From Escherichia coli (GTDB taxonomy: Bacteria > Pseudomonadota > Gammaproteobacteria > Enterobacterales > Enterobacteriaceae): a DNA stretch of 64,000 nucleotides. This document shows, in pieces, positions 32,334-42,739 of the stretch (position 1 is its first letter; every line of letters starts with the position of its first letter). The DNA lies in NCBI RefSeq assembly GCF_003991155.1, contig NZ_CP031295.1; one strand, written 5' to 3'. The position numbers were made by a program, and so were the translations under genes. The notes beneath the pieces were generated by a model, which searched no databases, was not told where the DNA came from, and saw only the letters and a program-made list of their open reading frames with translations.

Positions 32334-33191
32334 ATGGCTGATCTCCTTCAAAAATACTATTCACAGGTTAAAAATCCGAATCCGGTGTTCACACCCCGTG
32401 AAGGTGCCGGAACGCTGAAGTTCTGCGAAAAACTGATGGAAAAGGCGGTGGGCTTCACCTCCCGTTTTGATTTCGCCATTCATGTGGCACATGCCCGTTC
32501 GAAGGGACTGCGTCGGCGCATGCCACCGGTACTGCGTCGCCGGGCTATTGATGCGCTGCTGCAGGGGCTGTGTTTTCACTATGACCCGCTGGCCAACCGC
32601 GTCCAGTGCTCCATCACTACGCTGGCCATTGAGTGCGGACTGGCGACGGAGTCTGCTGCCGGAAAACTCTCCATCACCCGGGCCTCCCGAGCCTTGACGT
32701 TCCTTGCAGAGCTGGGACTGATTACCTACCAGACGGAATATGATCCGCTTATCGGGTGCTACATTCCGACCGATATCACGTTCACACCGGCGTTATTTGC
32801 CGCCCTTGATGTGTCTGAGGATGCAGTGGTTGCTGCGCGCCGCAGTCGTGTTGAATGGGAAAACAGACAGCGCAAAAAGCAGGGGCTGGATACCCTGGGT
32901 ATGGATGAACTGATAGCGAAAGCCTGGCGTTTTGTGCGTGAGCGTTTCCGCAGTTACCAGACAGAGCTTAAGTCCCGTGGAATAAAGCGTGCCCGTGCGC
33001 GTCGTGATGCGAACAGGGAACGTCAGGATATCGTCACCCTGGTGAAACGGCAGCTGACGCGTGAAATCTCGGAAGGGCGCTTCACTGCCAATCGTGAGGC
33101 GGTAAAACGCGAAGTGGAGCGTCGTGTGAAAGAGCGCATGATTCTGTCACGTAACCGTAATTACAGCCGGCTGGCCACAGCTTCCCCCTGA
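32334..33191 (+). CDS. repA1: RepA1 replication initiator of RepFIIA-type replicon
   Basis: 285 codons from [27 protein letters not shown]...; C-terminus ...[12 protein letters not shown]. Confidence 0.85.
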   Translation: MADLLQKYYSQVKNPNPVFTPREGAGTLKFCEKLMEKAVGFTSRFDFAIHVAHARSKGLRRRMPPVLRRRAIDALLQGLCFHYDPLANRVQCSITTLAIECGLATESAAGKLSITRASRALTFLAELGLITYQTEYDPLIGCYIPTDITFTPALFAALDVSEDAVVAARRSRVEWENRQRKKQGLDTLGMDELIAKAWRFVRERFRSYQTELKSRGIKRARARRDANRERQDIVTLVKRQLTREISEGRFTANREAVKREVERRVKERMILSRNRNYSRLATASP

Positions 33192-33199
33192 AAGTGACC

Positions 33200-33500
33200 T
33201 CTTCTGAATAATCCGGCCCGCACCGGAGGCATTCGCACGCCTGAAGCCTGCCAGCGAACAAAAAAGCAGCACCTCATACAAAAAACAACCTCATCATCCA
33301 CCTTCTGGTGCATCTGGCCCCCCCTGTTTTTGATACAAAACACGCCTCACAGACGGGGAATTTTGCTTATCCACATTTAACTGCAATGGACTTCCCCATA
33401 AGGTTACAACCGTTCATGTCATAAAGCGCCAGGCGCCAGCCTTACAGGGTGCAATGTATCTTTTAAACACCTGTTTATATCTCCTTTAAACTACTTAATT
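33200..33500 (+). other. Putative oriR region with DnaA box TTATCCACA at 33367-33375
   Basis: Consensus DnaA box downstream of repA1 in AT-rich sequence. Confidence 0.4.
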
Positions 33501-34129
33501 ACATTCATTTAAAAAGAAAACCTATTCACTGCCTGTCCTGTGGACAGACAGATATGCACCTCCCACCGTAAACGGCGGGCCCCAACCGGAGCCACTTTAG
33601 TTACAACACACAAAACCAACCTCCAGAAAAACCCCGAACCAGCGCAGAACTGAAACCACAAAGCCCCTCCCTCATAACTGAAAAGCGGCCCCGCCCCGGC
33701 CCTTCGGGCCGGAACAGAGTCGCTTTTAATTATGAATGTTGTAACTACATCTTCATCGCTGTCAGTCTTCTCGCTGGAAGTTCTCAGTACACGCTCGTAA
33801 GCGGCCCTCACGGCCCGCTAACGCGGAGATACGCCCCGACTTCGGGTAAACCCTCGTCGGGACCACTCCGACCGCGCACAGAAGCTCTCTCATGGCTGAA
33901 AGCGGGTATGGTCTGGCAGGGCTGGGGATGGGTAAGGTGAAATCTATCAATCAGTACCGGCTTACGCCGGGCTTCGGCGGTTTTACTCCTGTATCATATG
34001 AAACAACAGAGTGCCGCCTTCCATGCCGCTGATGCGGCATATCCTGGTAACGATATCTGAATTGTTATACATGTGTATATACGTGGTAATGACAAAAATA
34101 GGACAAGTTAAAAATTTACAGGCGATGCA

Positions 34130-34780
34130 ATGATTCAAACACGTAATCAATATCTGCAGTTTATGCTGGTTATGCTGGCTGCATGGGGCATTAGTTGGGG
34201 AGCCAGATTTGTCATGGAGCAGGCCGTTCTGCTTTATGGATCAGGAAAAAACTATTTGTTCTTCAGTCATGGTACTGTTCTGATGTACCTGCTGTGTGTT
34301 TTCCTGGTATACCGCCGTTGGATAGCTCCGCTACCGGTCGTTGGTCAGCTGCGCAACGTTGGCGTACCGTGGCTGGTCGGTGCGATGGCCGTGGTGTATG
34401 TCGGTGTATTTCTGCTCGGTAAGGCGCTGGCTCTGCCTGCTGAGCCATTTATGACGAAACTTTTTGCCGATAAGTCCATACCTGACGTGATCCTGACGTT
34501 GCTGACCATCTTTATCCTTGCCCCGTTGAATGAGGAAACGCTGTTCCGGGGGATTATGCTGAACGTCTTCCGTTCACGGTACTGCTGGACGATGTGGCTG
34601 GGGGCGCTGATAACGTCGTTGTTGTTCGTCGCCGCGCACAGCCAGTATCAGAACCTGCTGACACTGGCAGAACTGTTCGGTGGGTTGATTACATCAGTGG
34701 CCAGGATCAGAAGTGGTGGCCTGCTGCTGCCGGTATTGCTGCATATGGAAGCAACCACGCTGGGTTTACTGTTTGGTTGA
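34130..34780 (+). CDS. CPBP-family intramembrane protease (tir-like)
   Basis: 216-aa polytopic protein with EExxxR-like (NEETLFRG) and HxxxH-like motifs. Confidence 0.65.
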   Translation: MIQTRNQYLQFMLVMLAAWGISWGARFVMEQAVLLYGSGKNYLFFSHGTVLMYLLCVFLVYRRWIAPLPVVGQLRNVGVPWLVGAMAVVYVGVFLLGKALALPAEPFMTKLFADKSIPDVILTLLTIFILAPLNEETLFRGIMLNVFRSRYCWTMWLGALITSLLFVAAHSQYQNLLTLAELFGGLITSVARIRSGGLLLPVLLHMEATTLGLLFG

Positions 34781-34872
34781 AAGTTATATTTTTATTAAAC
34801 ATTGTGCGTTAAAGCCTGGTGTGTTTTTTTAGTGGATGTTATATTTAAATATAACTTTTATGGAGGTGAAGA

Positions 34873-35130
34873 ATGCATACCACCCGACTGAAGAGGGTTG
34901 GCGGCTCAGTTATGCTGACCGTCCCACCGGCACTGCTGAATGCGCTGTCTCTGGGCACAGATAATGAAGTTGGCATGGTCATTGATAATGGCCGGCTGAT
35001 TGTTGAGCCGTACAGACGCCCGCAATATTCACTGGCTGAGCTACTGGCACAGTGTGATCCGAATGCTGAAATATCAGCTGAAGAACGAGAATGGCTGGAT
35101 GCACCGGCGACTGGTCAGGAGGAAATCTGA
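34873..35130 (+). CDS. pemI: PemI antitoxin (MazE-like)
   Basis: 85-aa ORF directly upstream of pemK. Confidence 0.8.
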   Translation: MHTTRLKRVGGSVMLTVPPALLNALSLGTDNEVGMVIDNGRLIVEPYRRPQYSLAELLAQCDPNAEISAEEREWLDAPATGQEEI

Positions 35131-35131
35131 C

Positions 35132-35464
35132 ATGGAAAGAGGGGAAATCTGGCTTGTCTCGCTTGATCCTACCGCAGGTCATGAGCAGCAGGGAACGCGG
35201 CCGGTGCTGATTGTCACACCGGCGGCCTTTAATCGCGTGACCCGCCTGCCTGTTGTTGTGCCCGTAACCAGCGGAGGCAATTTTGCCCGCACTGCCGGCT
35301 TTGCGGTGTCGTTGGATGGTGTTGGCATACGTACCACAGGTGTTGTACGTTGCGATCAACCCCGGACAATTGATATGAAAGCACGGGGCGGAAAACGACT
35401 CGAACGGGTTCCGGAGACTATCATGAACGAAGTTCTTGGCCGCCTGTCCACTATTCTGACTTGA
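35132..35464 (+). CDS. pemK: PemK toxin (MazF/Kid endoribonuclease)
   Basis: 110 aa from MERGEIWLVSLDPTAGHEQQGTRPVLIV. Confidence 0.85.
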   Translation: MERGEIWLVSLDPTAGHEQQGTRPVLIVTPAAFNRVTRLPVVVPVTSGGNFARTAGFAVSLDGVGIRTTGVVRCDQPRTIDMKARGGKRLERVPETIMNEVLGRLSTILT

Positions 35465-35657
35465 ACATGGGGTTTGAGGGGCAACTGGATGAAAACGTAC
35501 GATTTAGGGCACTAAAACCGCTGTTGTCCCACCATTCTGGTGATTCCCAAACGTTATTTGGCTAAAAAGTAGTTTTGATGTGGTTTATTTTCCGAATTCC
35601 AAGCGCAGCCCTACTTTCTTGTGCGTATTTGCGTGTTTTGCGCAGTTTTGAAGTTCC

Positions 35658-36127
35658 GGTGATGCTGCCAACTTACTGATTTAGTGTATGATGGTGTTTT
35701 TGAGGTGCTCCAGTGGCTTCTGTTTCTATCAGCTGTCCCTCCTGTTCAGCTACTGACGGGGTGGTGCGTAACGGCAAAAGCACCGCCGGACATCAGCGCT
35801 ATCTCTGCTCTCACTGCCGTAAAACATGGCAACTGCAGTTCACTTACACCGCTTCTCAACCCGGTACGCACCAGAAAATCATTGATATGGCCATGAATGG
35901 CGTTGGATGCCGGGCAACCGCCCGCATTATGGGCGTTGGCCTCAACACGATTTTCCGCCATTTAAAAAACTCAGGCCGCAGTCGGTAACCTCGCGCATAC
36001 AGCCGGGCAGTGACGTCATCGTCTGCGCGGAAATGGACGAACAGTGGGGATACGTCGGGGCTAAATCGCGCCAGCGCTGGCTGTTTTACGCGTATGACAG
36101 GCTCCGGAAGACGGTTGTTGCGCACGT
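35658..36127 (+). mobile_element. insA: Truncated IS1 (left IR, insA intact at 35713-35988, insB truncated)
   Basis: IS1 terminal sequence GGTGATGCTGCCAACTTACTGAT; InsA zinc-finger protein; insB breaks off at ~36127. Confidence 0.8.
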
Positions 36128-36722
36128 ATTGGGGTCTGACGCTCAGTGGAACGAAAACTCACGTTAAGCAACGTTTTCTGCCTCTGACGCCTCTTTTAAT
36201 GGTCTCAGATGTCCTTTGGTCACCAGTTCTGCCAGCGTGAAGGAATAATGGCCGAGCATATTGATATGTCCGTGGCAAAGCGGGGAGAGGCGTGCGATAT
36301 CTTCATCATTCAGTGTTTCACCCTGCGCCCGGAGATGATCCAGGGCTGCCTGCATATAAATAGTGTTCCATAACACGACGGCGTTAGTGACCAGCCCCAG
36401 TGCGCCCAGTTGATCTTCCTGACCGTCGGTATATCGTTTTCTTATCTCACCTTTTTGACCGTGACAGATGGCTCTGGCAACGGCATGGCGACTTTCTCCC
36501 CGATTAAGCTGGGTCAGAATGCGCCGGCGGTAATCTTCATCATCAATATAATTAAGCAGATACAGCGTTTTGTTGATGCGCCCCACTTCAATGATTGCCT
36601 GAGTCAGTCCGGAAGGACGTTCACTTTTCAGCAATGAACGGACCAGCACTGAAGCCTGTACTTTGCCCAGCTTCAGGGAGCCAGCGGTCCGGATCATTTC
36701 GTCCCACTGAAGGACTATTTTT
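36128..36722 (-). mobile_element. Tn3-family (Tn3/Tn2-like) 38-bp IR plus tnpA 3' fragment, truncated by IS26
   Basis: GGGGTCTGACGCTCAGTGGAACGAAAACTCACGTTAAG at 36128-36165; minus-strand ORF encodes a Tn3-type transposase C-terminus. Confidence 0.7.
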
Positions 36723-37542
36723 GGCACTGTTGCAAAGTTAGCGATGAGGCAGCCTTTTGTCTTATTCAAAGGCCTTACATTTCAAAAACTCTGCTTACCA
36801 GGCGCATTTCGCCCAGGGGATCACCATAATAAAATGCTGAGGCCTGGCCTTTGCGTAGTGCACGCATCACCTCAATACCTTTGATGGTGGCGTAAGCCGT
36901 CTTCATGGATTTAAATCCCAGCGTGGCGCCGATTATCCGTTTCAGTTTGCCATGATCGCATTCAATCACGTTGTTCCGGTACTTAATCTGTCGGTGTTCA
37001 ACGTCAGACGGGCACCGGCCTTCGCGTTTGAGCAGAGCAAGCGCGCGACCATAGGCGGGCGCTTTATCCGTGTTGATGAATCGCGGGATCTGCCACTTCT
37101 TCACGTTGTTGAGGATTTTACCCAGAAACCGGTATGCAGCTTTGCTGTTACGACGGGAGGAGAGATAAAAATCGACAGTGCGGCCCCGGCTGTCGACGGC
37201 CCGGTACAGATACGCCCAGCGGCCATTGACCTTCACGTAGGTTTCATCCATGTGCCACGGGCAAAGATCGGAAGGGTTACGCCAGTACCAGCGCAGCCGT
37301 TTTTCCATTTCAGGCGCATAACGCTGAACCCAGCGGTAAATCGTGGAGTGATCGACATTCACTCCGCGTTCAGCCAGCATCTCCTGCAGCTCACGGTAAC
37401 TGATGCCGTATTTGCAGTACCAGCGTACGGCCCACAGAATGATGTCACGCTGAAAATGCCGGCCTTTGAATGGGTTCATGTGCAGCTCCATCAGCAAAAG
37501 GGGATGATAAGTTTATCACCACCGACTATTTGCAACAGTGCC
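36723..37542 (-). mobile_element. tnp26: IS26 copy 1 (820 bp; tnp26 36775-37479, minus strand)
   Basis: 14-bp terminal inverted repeats GGCACTGTTGCAAA at both ends; intact 234-aa transposase from MNPFKGRHF. Confidence 0.9.
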
Positions 37543-39043
37543 ACTTCGACGACTACCTGCTGCCGGCCGAGAAGTTCGCCGCACTCAAGCGCGAGCAGGC
37601 CCTGCCCCTGGCGATCAACCCGAACAGCGACCAGTACCTGGAAGAGCGTTTGCAGCTGCTGGACGAGCAGTTGGCCACCGTCACCCGCCTGGCCAAGGAC
37701 AACGAGCTGCCCGATGCCATCCTCACCGAGTCAGGGCTGAAAATCACCCCGCTGGATGCGGCGGTGCCGGATCGGGCGCAGGCGCTGATCGACCAAACCA
37801 GCCAGTTACTGCCGCGCATCAAGATCACCGAACTGCTGATGGACGTGGACGACTGGACGGGCTTCAGCCGCCACTTCACCCACTTGAAGGACGGGGCCGA
37901 GGCCAAAGACAGGACGTTGCTGCTGTCCGCAATCCTCGGTGATGCGATCAACCTCGGGCTGACCAAGATGGCCGAGTCGAGCCCCGGCCTGACCTACGCC
38001 AAGCTGTCCTGGCTGCAAGCCTGGCACATCCGCGACGAAACCTATTCGGCGGCCTTGGCCGAGCTGGTCAACCACCAGTATCGCCACGCCTTTGCCGCCC
38101 ACTGGGGCGACGGCACGACCTCATCCTCCGATGGCCAGCGCTTCCGCGCGGGTGGCCGGGGCGAGAGCACCGGGCACGTCAACCAAGTACGGTAGCGAGC
38201 GGGACGGCTGTTCTATACCCATATCTCCGACCAGTACGCGCCGTTCAGCACCCGCGTGGTGAATGTCGGCGTCCGCGATTCCACCTATGTGCTCGACGGC
38301 CTGCTGTACCACGAGTCCGACCTGCGGATCGAGGCACTACACCGACACGGCCGGCTTCACCGATCACGTCTTTGCCCTGATGCACCTGCTAGGCTTCCGC
38401 TTCGCGCCGCGCATCCGCGACCTCGGCGAAACCAAGCTGTACGTGCCGCAGGGCGTGCAAGCTACCCGACGTTGCGCCCGCTGATCGGCGGCACCCTGAA
38501 CATCAAGCACGTGCGTGCCCACTGGGACGACATCCTGCGCGGCCAGCTCGATCAAGCAGGGCACCGTCACCGCCTCGCTGATGCTGCGCAAGCTCGGCAG
38601 CTACCCGCGCCAGAACGGACTGGCCGTGGCCCTGCGCGAGCTGGGCCGGATCGAGCGCACGCTGTTCATCCTGGACTGGCTGCAAAGTGTTGAACTGCGC
38701 CGCCGCGTGCATGCCGGCCTGAACAAAGGTGAGGCGCGCAACTCGCTGGCGAGGCGGTGTTCTTCAACCGCCTTGGGGAAATCAGGATCGGAGCTTCGAG
38801 CAGCAGCGCTACGGCCAGCGGCCTCAACACGGTGACGGCGGCTATCGTGCTGTGGAACACGGGTACACGGAACGCCACCCGGGGTTGGTCGAGGCCGGCA
38901 AGCCGGTGGACGGCGAGCTGCTGCAATTCCTGTCGCCGCTGGGCTGGGAGCACATCAACCTAACCGGCGATTACGTCTGGCGGCAGAGCCGCAGACTGGA
39001 AGACGGGAAGTTTCGGCCCTTACGGATGCCCGGAAAACCTTAG
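37543..39043 (+). pseudogene. tnpA: Tn1721/Tn21-subgroup tnpA 3' fragment (copy A), 5'-truncated by IS26, with several frameshifts
   Basis: Tn3-family transposase sequence spread over at least 4 frames; ends at the Tn1721 IR. Confidence 0.75.
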
Positions 39044-39076
39044 CGTACGATTTTTTCCGAATTCTGCGGGCTCCCC
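39039..39076 (+). repeat. Tn1721 38-bp terminal inverted repeat
   Basis: Reverse complement of GGGGAGCCCGCAGAATTCGGAAAAAATCGTACGCTAAG. Confidence 0.7.
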
Positions 39077-39374
39077 TATCTCATCTGCGCAAGGCAGAAC
39101 GTGAAGACGGCCGCCCTGGACCTCGCCCGCGAGCGCCAGGCGCACGAGGCCGGCGCGCGGACCCGCGCCACGGCCCACGAGCGGACGCCGCAGCAGGAGC
39201 GCCAGAAGGCCGCCAGAGAGGCCGAGCGCGGCCGTGAGGCTTGGACGCTAGGGCAGGGCATGAAAAAGCCCGTAGCGGGCTGCTACGGGCGTCTGACGCG
39301 GTGGAAAGGGGGAGGGGATGTTGTCTACATGGCTCTGCTGTAGTGAGTGGGTTGCGCTCCGGCAGCGGTCCTGA

Positions 39375-40025
39375 TCAATCGTCACCCTTTCTCGGTCCTT
39401 CAACGTTCCTGACAACGAGCCTCCTTTTCGCCAATCCATCGACAATCACCGCGAGTCCCTGCTCGAACGCTGCGTCCGGATCGGCTTCGTCGAAGGCGTC
39501 TATCGCGGCCCGCAACAGCGGCGAGAGCGGAGCCTGTTCAACGGTGCCGCCGCGCTCGCCGGCATCGCTGTCGCCGGCCTGCTCCTCAAGCACGGCCCCA
39601 ACAGTGAAGTAGCTGATTGTCATCAGCGCATTGACGGCGTCCCCGGCCGAAAAACCCGCCTCGCAGAGGAAGCGAAGCTGCGCGTCGGCCGTTTCCATCT
39701 GCGGTGCGCCCGGTCGCGTGCCGGCATGGATGCGCGCGCCATCGCGGTAGGCGAGCAGCGCCTGCCTGAAGCTGCGGGCATTCCCGATCAGAAATGAGCG
39801 CCAGTCGTCGTCGGCTCTCGGCACCGAATGCGTATGATTCTCCGCCAGCATGGCTTCGGCCAGTGCGTCGAGCAGCGCCCGCTTGTTCCTGAAGTGCCAG
39901 TAAAGCGCCGGCTGCTGAACCCCCAACCGTTCCGCCAGTTTGCGTGTCGTCAGACCGTCTACGCCGACCTCGTTCAACAGGTCCAGGGCGGCACGGATCA
40001 CTGTATTCGGCTGCAACTTTGTCAT
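39375..40025 (-). CDS. tetR: TetR(A) tetracycline repressor
   Basis: 216 aa from MTKLQPNTVIRAALDLLNEVG; divergent from tetA. Confidence 0.9.
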   Translation of the reverse strand: MTKLQPNTVIRAALDLLNEVGVDGLTTRKLAERLGVQQPALYWHFRNKRALLDALAEAMLAENHTHSVPRADDDWRSFLIGNARSFRQALLAYRDGARIHAGTRPGAPQMETADAQLRFLCEAGFSAGDAVNALMTISYFTVGAVLEEQAGDSDAGERGGTVEQAPLSPLLRAAIDAFDEADPDAAFEQGLAVIVDGLAKRRLVVRNVEGPRKGDD

Positions 40026-40029
40026 GCTT

Positions 40030-40085
40030 GACACTTTATCACTGATAAACATAATATGTCCACCAACTTATCAGTGATAAAGAAT
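40030..40085 (+). promoter_or_regulatory. tet operator palindromes in tetR-tetA intergenic region
   Basis: ttatcactgataa and cttatcagtgataaaga palindromic half-sites between divergent tetR and tetA. Confidence 0.55.
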
Positions 40086-40130
40086 CCGCGCGTTCAATCG
40101 GACCAGCGGAGGCTGGTCCGGAGGCCAGAC

Positions 40131-41330
40131 GTGAAACCCAACAGACCCCTGATCGTAATTCTGAGCACTGTCGCGCTCGACGCTGTCGGCATCGGCCTGA
40201 TTATGCCGGTGCTGCCGGGCCTCCTGCGCGATCTGGTTCACTCGAACGACGTCACCGCCCACTATGGCATTCTGCTGGCGCTGTATGCGTTGATGCAATT
40301 TGCCTGCGCACCTGTGCTGGGCGCGCTGTCGGATCGTTTCGGGCGGCGGCCGGTCTTGCTCGTCTCGCTGGCCGGCGCTGCTGTCGACTACGCCATCATG
40401 GCGACGACGCCTTTCCTTTGGGTTCTCTATATCGGGCGGATCGTGGCCGGCATCACCGGGGCGACTGGGGCGGTAGCCGGCGCTTATATTGCCGATATCA
40501 CTGATGGCGATGAGCGCGCGCGGCACTTCGGCTTCATGAGCGCCTGTTTCGGGTTCGGGATGGTCGCGGGACCTGTGCTCGGTGGGCTGATGGGCGGTTT
40601 CTCCCCCCACGCTCCGTTCTTCGCCGCGGCAGCCTTGAACGGCCTCAATTTCCTGACGGGCTGTTTCCTTTTGCCGGAGTCGCACAAAGGCGAACGCCGG
40701 CCGTTACGCCGGGAGGCTCTCAACCCGCTCGCTTCGTTCCGGTGGGCCCGGGGCATGACCGTCGTCGCCGCCCTGATGGCGGTCTTCTTCATCATGCAAC
40801 TTGTCGGACAGGTGCCGGCCGCGCTTTGGGTCATTTTCGGCGAGGATCGCTTTCACTGGGACGCGACCACGATCGGCATTTCGCTTGCCGCATTTGGCAT
40901 TCTGCATTCACTCGCCCAGGCAATGATCACCGGCCCTGTAGCCGCCCGGCTCGGCGAAAGGCGGGCACTCATGCTCGGAATGATTGCCGACGGCACAGGC
41001 TACATCCTGCTTGCCTTCGCGACACGGGGATGGATGGCGTTCCCGATCATGGTCCTGCTTGCTTCGGGTGGCATCGGAATGCCGGCGCTGCAAGCAATGT
41101 TGTCCAGGCAGGTGGATGAGGAACGTCAGGGGCAGCTGCAAGGCTCACTGGCGGCGCTCACCAGCCTGACCTCGATCGTCGGACCCCTCCTCTTCACGGC
41201 GATCTATGCGGCTTCTATAACAACGTGGAACGGGTGGGCATGGATTGCAGGCGCTGCCCTCTACTTGCTCTGCCTGCCGGCGCTGCGTCGCGGGCTTTGG
41301 AGCGGCGCAGGGCAACGAGCCGATCGCTGA
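40131..41330 (+). CDS. tetA: TetA(A) tetracycline efflux MFS transporter (GTG start)
   Basis: 399 aa from (M)KPNRPLIVILSTVALDAVGIG; 12-TM MFS. Confidence 0.9.
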   Translation: MKPNRPLIVILSTVALDAVGIGLIMPVLPGLLRDLVHSNDVTAHYGILLALYALMQFACAPVLGALSDRFGRRPVLLVSLAGAAVDYAIMATTPFLWVLYIGRIVAGITGATGAVAGAYIADITDGDERARHFGFMSACFGFGMVAGPVLGGLMGGFSPHAPFFAAAALNGLNFLTGCFLLPESHKGERRPLRREALNPLASFRWARGMTVVAALMAVFFIMQLVGQVPAALWVIFGEDRFHWDATTIGISLAAFGILHSLAQAMITGPVAARLGERRALMLGMIADGTGYILLAFATRGWMAFPIMVLLASGGIGMPALQAMLSRQVDEERQGQLQGSLAALTSLTSIVGPLLFTAIYAASITTWNGWAWIAGAALYLLCLPALRRGLWSGAGQRADR

Positions 41331-41468
41331 TCGTGGAAACGATAGGCCTATGCCATGCGGGTCAAGGCGACTTCCGGCAAGCTATACGCGCCCTAGGAGT
41401 GCGGTTGGAACGTTGGCCCAGCCAGATACTCCCGATCACGAGCAGGACGCCGATGATTTGAAGCGCAC

Positions 41469-42245
41469 TCAGCGTCTGATCAAGAACAACCATCCTAGCA
41501 ACACGGCGGTCCCCGGGCTGAGAAAGCCCAGTAAGGAAACAACTGTAGGTTCGAGTCGCGAGATCCCCCGGAACCAAAGGAAGTAGGTTAAACCCGCTCC
41601 GATCAGGCCGAGCCACGCCAGGCCGAGAACATTGGTTCCTGTAGGCATCGGGATTGGCGGATCAAACACTAAAGCTACTGGAACGAGCAGAAGTCCTCCG
41701 GCCGCCAGTTGCCAGGCGGTAAAGGTGAGCAGAGGCACGGGAGGTTGCCACTTGCGGGTCAGCACGGTTCCGAACGCCATGGAAACCGCCCCCGCCAGGC
41801 CCGCTGCGACGCCGACAGGATCTAGCGCTGCGTTTGGTGTCAACACCAACAGCGCCACGCCCGCAGTTCCGCAAATAGCCCCCAGGACCGCCATCAATCG
41901 TATCGGGCTACCTAGCAGAGCGGCAGAGATGAACACGACCATCAGCGGCTGCACAGCGCCTACCGTCGCCGCGACCCCGCCCGGCAGGCGGTAGACCGAA
42001 ATAAACAACAAGCTCCAGAATAGCGAAATATTAAGTGCGCCGAGGATGAAGATGCGCATCCACCAGATTCCCGTTGGAATCTGTCGGACGATCATCACGA
42101 GCAATAAACCCGCCGGCAACGCCCGCAGCATCGCGACCGTCATCGGTGAGAAGTTCGGCAGGTATTGGGTGGTGACAATGTAGGTGCTGCCCCAAATGGC
42201 AGGTGCTATCGCTGTGAACAATAAATCGGGCGTGCGTAATGACAT
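41469..42245 (-). CDS. pecM: PecM-like EamA/DMT-family transporter
   Basis: 258-aa polytopic protein convergent with tetA, as in Tn1721. Confidence 0.7.
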   Translation of the reverse strand: MSLRTPDLLFTAIAPAIWGSTYIVTTQYLPNFSPMTVAMLRALPAGLLLVMIVRQIPTGIWWMRIFILGALNISLFWSLLFISVYRLPGGVAATVGAVQPLMVVFISAALLGSPIRLMAVLGAICGTAGVALLVLTPNAALDPVGVAAGLAGAVSMAFGTVLTRKWQPPVPLLTFTAWQLAAGGLLLVPVALVFDPPIPMPTGTNVLGLAWLGLIGAGLTYFLWFRGISRLEPTVVSLLGFLSPGTAVLLGWLFLIRR

Positions 42246-42382
42246 GCGATTACAAGACCTCCGCTACGGCGATGGGTTTTTGAGAGTTGCAGGCGCCGCG
42301 ATGACCGCACCCTGACTTGGACTGGCCCTGCCTCGCACCAATCCACCTGCGGCTATGGCCGCGATCATGCGAGGCCCGAAAA

Positions 42383-42720
42383 TTACACGACCTGTACACG
42401 TCCGCCGAACCCGGAACGCAACAGAGCTTCGTGGGCATCCCGATCCGGGTCGTAGCAGCAGTCCTGGACCAAACGCACGTCGTAGTCCGCATCACTAGCC
42501 CAGGCGACGCTTGAAAGAACAACGCCGGTGGTGCTTATCCCGGCCATGACAAGCGTGCTTACGCCGCGCGTCCGAAGGTCGGCGTCGAGCGCCGTGCCAT
42601 AAAAGACGCTGGCTCGCGGACATGCATAGAAAAGGTCGCCCCGTTCGATCGCAAGCCCTTCGACGGGCAGACCGGTGCGAAATCGTCCGCTCGGGAGATA
42701 CGGTGAGATTTGGCGATTCG
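42383..42720 (-). pseudogene. Isochorismatase-family (cysteine hydrolase) C-terminal fragment
   Basis: C-terminus ...STLVMAGISTTGVVLSSVAWASDADYDV... resembles isochorismatase family; no N-terminus; upper boundary approximate. Confidence 0.35.
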
Positions 42721-42739
42721 TCGCCGGCGGCGCATGTTC

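Noticed and set aside
33509-33950. Minus-strand ORFs (100 and 62 aa) downstream of repA1
   Set aside because: They fall in the presumed origin region downstream of repA1, with no motifs or convincing start context; left unannotated rather than called as genes.
37538-38102. Alternative-frame ORFs (both strands) within the Tn1721 tnpA fragment
   Set aside because: High-GC sequence gives open frames in several phases; only the frame encoding recognisable transposase sequence is meaningful, and even that is interrupted.
40056-40130. Upstream start for tetA (MSTNLSV...)
   Set aside because: The extension runs through the tet operator palindromes; the GTG at 40131 gives the expected 399-aa TetA(A).
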